Assembly (NCBI GenBank): GCA_043758125.1
Contig: JAYVOC010000276.1
Location: 1 to 54,610 of the forward strand
Source of the DNA: Bacteroidota bacterium
GTDB lineage: Bacteria; Bacteroidota; Bacteroidia; AKYH767-A; OLB10
Length of the DNA stretch: 54,610 nt
Reading direction: 5' to 3'
The position numbers were made by a program, and so were the translations under genes. Below the pieces are notes generated by a model. It was given only the letters and a program-made list of their open reading frames with translations. It was not told the DNA's origin and did no database searches. Shown one piece after another: positions 50,862 through 54,610 of the stretch (its first letter is position 1; the number at the start of each line of letters is the position of its first letter).

Positions 50862-51353
50862 ATGGCAAGTTTCGATATAGTAAGCGAAGTAGATCTTCAA
50901 AAATTAGATAACGCAATTAATGTGGCTGTTAAAGAAATTACCACACGATATGATTTTAATGGCTCAAAAACCACATTAGAATTAGACAAAAAGACTTCTT
51001 TAATTAACGTTTTAACGGAAAACGACATGAGGATGAAAGCAATTCAAGATATTTTGATATCTAGAATGATGAAGCAAGGGCTCGATTCCACGTGTCTTGA
51101 TTTCGGAAAAGATCAACAGGCTTCTGGAAATATGGTGAGAAAGGAAATTAAGGTAAAGATGGGTGTAGACAAAGAGACATCTAAGAAGATTGTAAAACTT
51201 ATTAAAGAAGGAGGCTTTAAAGTTCAGGCATCTCAAATGGATGAGCAAATACGGGTTACAGGTAAGAAACTTGATGATTTACAGGCCGTTATGGCAGCAG
51301 TAAAAGGTGCTGGATTAGGATTACCTTTTCAATTTACAAACTACAGAGATTAA
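50862..51353 (+). CDS. yajQ: YajQ-family nucleotide (cyclic-di-GMP)-binding protein (UPF0234)
   Basis: The 163-aa product begins MASFDIVSEVDLQKLDNAINVAVKEITTRYDFNGS and has a later Q.....IRVTGKK.DDLQ motif. Confidence 0.88.
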   Translation: MASFDIVSEVDLQKLDNAINVAVKEITTRYDFNGSKTTLELDKKTSLINVLTENDMRMKAIQDILISRMMKQGLDSTCLDFGKDQQASGNMVRKEIKVKMGVDKETSKKIVKLIKEGGFKVQASQMDEQIRVTGKKLDDLQAVMAAVKGAGLGLPFQFTNYRD

Positions 51354-51637
51354 TGATGTTGCGATTTAATCTGAGTACTTTATTCGAATATTTATTGTCT
51401 ATTGTTAAGTAATTATTATCTTTCTTTCCCACTTATTTTGAAAAAAGAGCCCTAGTTAAACACCTTACTAGGATCATAATTAATTTTATAAATGTCATTA
51501 TGCTGTAAGAATTTTTAAAGCAAACAATAATTAAATCATCTCACTACGTTTTTTCGTTCAAGTCAATTCATTATTATTGTGCCTTCGAACAAGGAAAAAA
51601 ATTATAAAAACTTAATTAATAAAAACCATACACGACT

Positions 51638-52441
51638 ATGAGCCAGACAAAGTCAGGATCGGGCATCCAGGGGATGTTAGCAGCTATCGTAATACCGGCC
51701 GCTTTGATTACCTCCATTCTTATTTTTAAATTTGTTCTTGGTAGCCCGGGCAATTTTCAGGATAACAATCCTGAACTCAACCCACTTCCAGGTAACTTTT
51801 TAGGAATTATCTACAAAGGAGGTTTTATTGTACCAATTCTAATGTCGTTATTACTGATTGTAATCACTTTCGTTATCGAGAGATTTATTACGGTAAATAA
51901 GTCACGTGGGAACGGAACAATTGATTCTTTTATCTTCAAAATGCGTTCTTCTTTATCGAAAGGAGATCTTGATGGAGCAATAAAAGAATGTGATCGTCAG
52001 CAAGGTTCCATTGCTGCTGTTGTGAACGCTGGTCTGAAAGCTTATAAGCAGATGGAAAGCGAAAAAGCAATGGATAAGGAACATAAAGTAGCTGTTATCC
52101 AAAAAGAAATTGAAGAAGCAACGACATTAGAATTACCAATGTTATCAAAAAACTTAGTAATCATTTCAACGATTGCTTCAATCGCTACTTTGATGGGGCT
52201 ATTAGGAACTGTATTTGGTATGATCAGAGCATTTGCTGCACTTGCACAAGCTGGTTCACCAGATGCAACGGCTCTCGCTACGGGTATTTCTGAGGCGCTT
52301 ATCAATACTGCTTTTGGTATTGGTACTTCTGCAATAGCAATTATATTCTATAACTTCTTCACAAATAAAATTGACTCTATTACTTATGGTATCGATGAAG
52401 CTGGTTATAGCATTGTGCAAACATTCACAGCACGCAACTAA
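51638..52441 (+). CDS. exbB: MotA/TolQ/ExbB proton-channel protein
   Basis: Three TM helices are predicted. The conserved C-terminal core is IASIATLMGLLGTVFGMIRAF...ISEALINTAFGI. Confidence 0.9.
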   Translation: MSQTKSGSGIQGMLAAIVIPAALITSILIFKFVLGSPGNFQDNNPELNPLPGNFLGIIYKGGFIVPILMSLLLIVITFVIERFITVNKSRGNGTIDSFIFKMRSSLSKGDLDGAIKECDRQQGSIAAVVNAGLKAYKQMESEKAMDKEHKVAVIQKEIEEATTLELPMLSKNLVIISTIASIATLMGLLGTVFGMIRAFAALAQAGSPDATALATGISEALINTAFGIGTSAIAIIFYNFFTNKIDSITYGIDEAGYSIVQTFTARN

Positions 52442-52479
52442 TTCGATAATCAGGTAAAAATCCTAAAAAGCCGAGACGT

Positions 52480-53118
52480 ATGCCAAAAGTGAAGATGCCC
52501 AAAAATAGTCCGTCGTTGGACATGACGCCAATGGTGGATCTGGCATTCCTACTGGTTACTTTCTTCATGCTTACTACTCAGTTTCGTCCTGATGAACCTG
52601 TTGTAGTAGATTCTCCATCTTCCATTTCCGAAAAAATACTTCCAGATAAGGTTATGTTGATCACAATAGATTCAACTAACCGTGTTTTCTTTAATCTAGA
52701 AGGAAAAGAAATTCGAACGAAAATGTTGAATCAAATGGCAAGCAAGAATCATGAAACATTTGATGAAAAATCAATCAACAAATTTGCCTTGTTAGGCACG
52801 TTTGGAATGACCATTAAAGAATTAAAAGCATTTCTTCCGATGGATGAGTTGGGGAGAAAAGACTTTATGAAAAAGAGTAAAGGAGTTCCTTATGATTCTT
52901 TAAATAATCAATTGGGTGATTGGATTCGTTATGGTCGCTTAGCGGATGCTGAGTTAAAAGGTCCAAATGTTCCAAAAGATAAATTGCTTCGATTTGCAAT
53001 AAAAGGAGATGCTAATGCAAATTATACTGCCATTAAACGGGTAATTGAAGTGTTCCAGGAAATGAATGTAAATCGCTTCAACTTAGTTACAACGTTGGAG
53101 AAAAATCCAAACCAATAA
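52480..53118 (+). CDS. exbD: ExbD/TolR biopolymer transport protein
   Basis: The N-terminus carries LDMTPMVDLAFLLVTFFMLTT, the ExbD signature. The C-terminus has the I.(G/A)D....Y..(I/V)..V pattern. Confidence 0.88.
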   Translation: MPKVKMPKNSPSLDMTPMVDLAFLLVTFFMLTTQFRPDEPVVVDSPSSISEKILPDKVMLITIDSTNRVFFNLEGKEIRTKMLNQMASKNHETFDEKSINKFALLGTFGMTIKELKAFLPMDELGRKDFMKKSKGVPYDSLNNQLGDWIRYGRLADAELKGPNVPKDKLLRFAIKGDANANYTAIKRVIEVFQEMNVNRFNLVTTLEKNPNQ

Positions 53119-53133
53119 GCCCTCAATAAAATT

Positions 53134-53754
53134 ATGTCAGAGGTACAAAGTAAAGAACAAGACTCCAGTAAAAAGGGCAAACATTCGAAGGTAAGAGCCA
53201 AGAAACAATCGACTCATATCGATATGACACCTATGGTTGATCTTGCGTTCTTATTGCTAACTTTTTTCATGTTAACTACCACTTTTGGGAAACCAAAAAC
53301 AATGGAAATTAACATGCCTGTGAAGGATCCCAATAATAAACCAAATGAAGTAAATAATGCTTTAACATTTTTGTTAAGTGGCGACAATAAAGTGTATTGG
53401 TATTATGGTGAATTAAAACCTACAACAACGCTAACGCCCACTGACTTTTCTAATAATGGTATTCGCAAACTTTTACTTGATTACAATAAAAATGCTGTTA
53501 GTAAAATCAAGGAATTACGTACTCAAGCAGAGAAGACTAACATGGCCGACACCACACTTAAACGTATGGAAGTTGATGTGAAAGGAGAAAAAGAATCATT
53601 AATGGTACTTGTTAAAACCGACGATAAAGCAAAGTACAAAAATGTAATTGATGCACTTGATGAATTAAATATTACCATGGTAGGAAAATATGCCCTTGTT
53701 GATATTGGCCAGCAGGAATTTGATTTGATTAATAAATTACAACCCGCTAAGTAA
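53134..53754 (+). CDS. exbD: ExbD/TolR biopolymer transport protein (second copy)
   Basis: IDMTPMVDLAFLLLTFFMLTT is present. The C-terminus reads VKTDDKAKYKNVIDALDEL. Confidence 0.88.
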   Translation: MSEVQSKEQDSSKKGKHSKVRAKKQSTHIDMTPMVDLAFLLLTFFMLTTTFGKPKTMEINMPVKDPNNKPNEVNNALTFLLSGDNKVYWYYGELKPTTTLTPTDFSNNGIRKLLLDYNKNAVSKIKELRTQAEKTNMADTTLKRMEVDVKGEKESLMVLVKTDDKAKYKNVIDALDELNITMVGKYALVDIGQQEFDLINKLQPAK

Positions 53755-53755
53755 A

Positions 53756-54559
53756 ATGGCAGATCTGTTCACCCCATCCTGGGAAAACCCAACCAATTCC
53801 GAAAGGACTGAATTGGTTTTCCAAAACAGGAATAAAGAATATGGTGCGTATCCAATTCGAAAAAGCTACGATCGAACAACTTCGAGAGCACTACTTATTG
53901 CGATTGGTTTATTTGTTGTTGGTGTTGCTACTCCTTTTATCATGCGAATGATAAATAATTCAGGTGCTGAAAAAGTTGATAGATCTGTGGAAGTAAACAT
54001 AGAACTTAAAGAACCGCCACCACTAGATAAAAACGAACCACCACCACCACCTCCTCCTCCACCTCCACCAACAATCGAGACTGTAAAGTTTACTCCTCCT
54101 GTTGTTGTTGATCGCCAAGTAGAAGAAGAACAACCACCTCCTCAAGAAAAGCTAAGTGAAACAAATGTTGGCGTTGTAACTCAAGCAGGTGATGAGAATG
54201 CTGTTGAACCGCCTCCAGAAGTTGTTGCAGATCCAGATGCAGGTAAAGTATATAGTTATGTTGAAGAAATGCCTACTTTTCCAGGTGGTGAAGCAGCACT
54301 TTACGAATACTTGCAACGTAACATAAAATACCCGCCATTAGCTCGTGAAAACGGAATAACCGGTAAAGTATTTATTGGTTTTGTAGTTGATAAGGAAGGC
54401 AAAATTGGCGATATAAAAATTCTCCGTTCTTTAGGTGCAGGTTGTGATGAAGAAGCCTTAAGAGTAATAAAATCAATGCCTGGTTGGAAGCCAGGAAAGC
54501 AAAACGGAAGAACAGTTGCTGTTTCTTATAGTATGCCAATCAATTTCTCACTTAAGTAA
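53756..54559 (+). CDS. tonB: TonB-family energy transducer
   Basis: An N-terminal TM anchor is followed by a proline-rich spacer (EPPPPPPPPPPPT). The TonB C-terminal domain is present (YP..A.ENGI.GKV...FVVDKEGKI.DIKI.RSLG.G.DEEALRVIK.MP.W.PG.QNG). Confidence 0.92.
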   Translation: MADLFTPSWENPTNSERTELVFQNRNKEYGAYPIRKSYDRTTSRALLIAIGLFVVGVATPFIMRMINNSGAEKVDRSVEVNIELKEPPPLDKNEPPPPPPPPPPPTIETVKFTPPVVVDRQVEEEQPPPQEKLSETNVGVVTQAGDENAVEPPPEVVADPDAGKVYSYVEEMPTFPGGEAALYEYLQRNIKYPPLARENGITGKVFIGFVVDKEGKIGDIKILRSLGAGCDEEALRVIKSMPGWKPGKQNGRTVAVSYSMPINFSLK

Positions 54560-54578
54560 ATTATTTCTATACCGTATC

Positions 54579-54610
54579 AAAGGCTCTTCCATCAAGGAGG
54601 AGCCTTTTTC
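54579..54610 (+). terminator. Rho-independent terminator of the exbB-exbD-exbD-tonB operon
   Basis: AAAGGCTCTTCC pairs with GGAGGAGCCTTT (12 bp including one G-U) across the loop ATCAA. A T run follows at the window edge. Confidence 0.8.

Noticed and set aside
54030-54075. A run of CCN codons (eleven consecutive Pro) in the last gene
   Set aside because: This is the normal proline-rich periplasmic spacer of TonB. It is not a repeat element or an assembly artefact.

Overview
This is an AT-rich chromosomal segment that looks like Bacteroidota. The evidence is T9SS type-A (Por_Secre_tail-like) and type-B (FIPNAFTPNDDGLNDN) C-terminal sorting domains, many lipoproteins with S-C-K-K lipoboxes, an ExbB-ExbD-ExbD-TonB operon, and TAnnTTTG promoter-like motifs.

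Most of the window is ordinary housekeeping: partial rsmA, serS, purine nucleoside phosphorylase, trmB, an M20 dipeptidase, acyl-CoA dehydrogenase, pyrF, prfA, purM, gyrB, mdh and yajQ. Standard envelope modules are also present: a LemA-TPM-TPM operon, MscS, an OmpA/TolB-like protein, and a TPR protein followed by a beta-barrel.

I found no rRNA, tRNA, CRISPR array, transposase, integrase or recognisable defence gene.

Three places are not explained by housekeeping:
1. A clear cobalamin riboswitch (about 11335-11540) drives only one gene, a beta-propeller lipoprotein. No transporter gene follows it.
2. A same-strand, tightly spaced string of seven exported proteins lies at 12859-18889. It is built around a Tat-signal DUF1501-like (alkaline-phosphatase superfamily) protein, a lipoprotein carrying a cytochrome-c-like C-X4-CH domain, an M16 peptidase and two paralogous small lipoproteins.
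3. An apparent operon at 43878-50689 holds two paralogous FG-GAP/VCBS T9SS cargo proteins, a small lipoprotein, a second C-X4-CH domain fused to a YVTN/YncE-type beta-propeller, and a DCC thiol-disulfide oxidoreductase.

All functional calls come from reading the translated ORFs and recalling family motifs. No database search was run.
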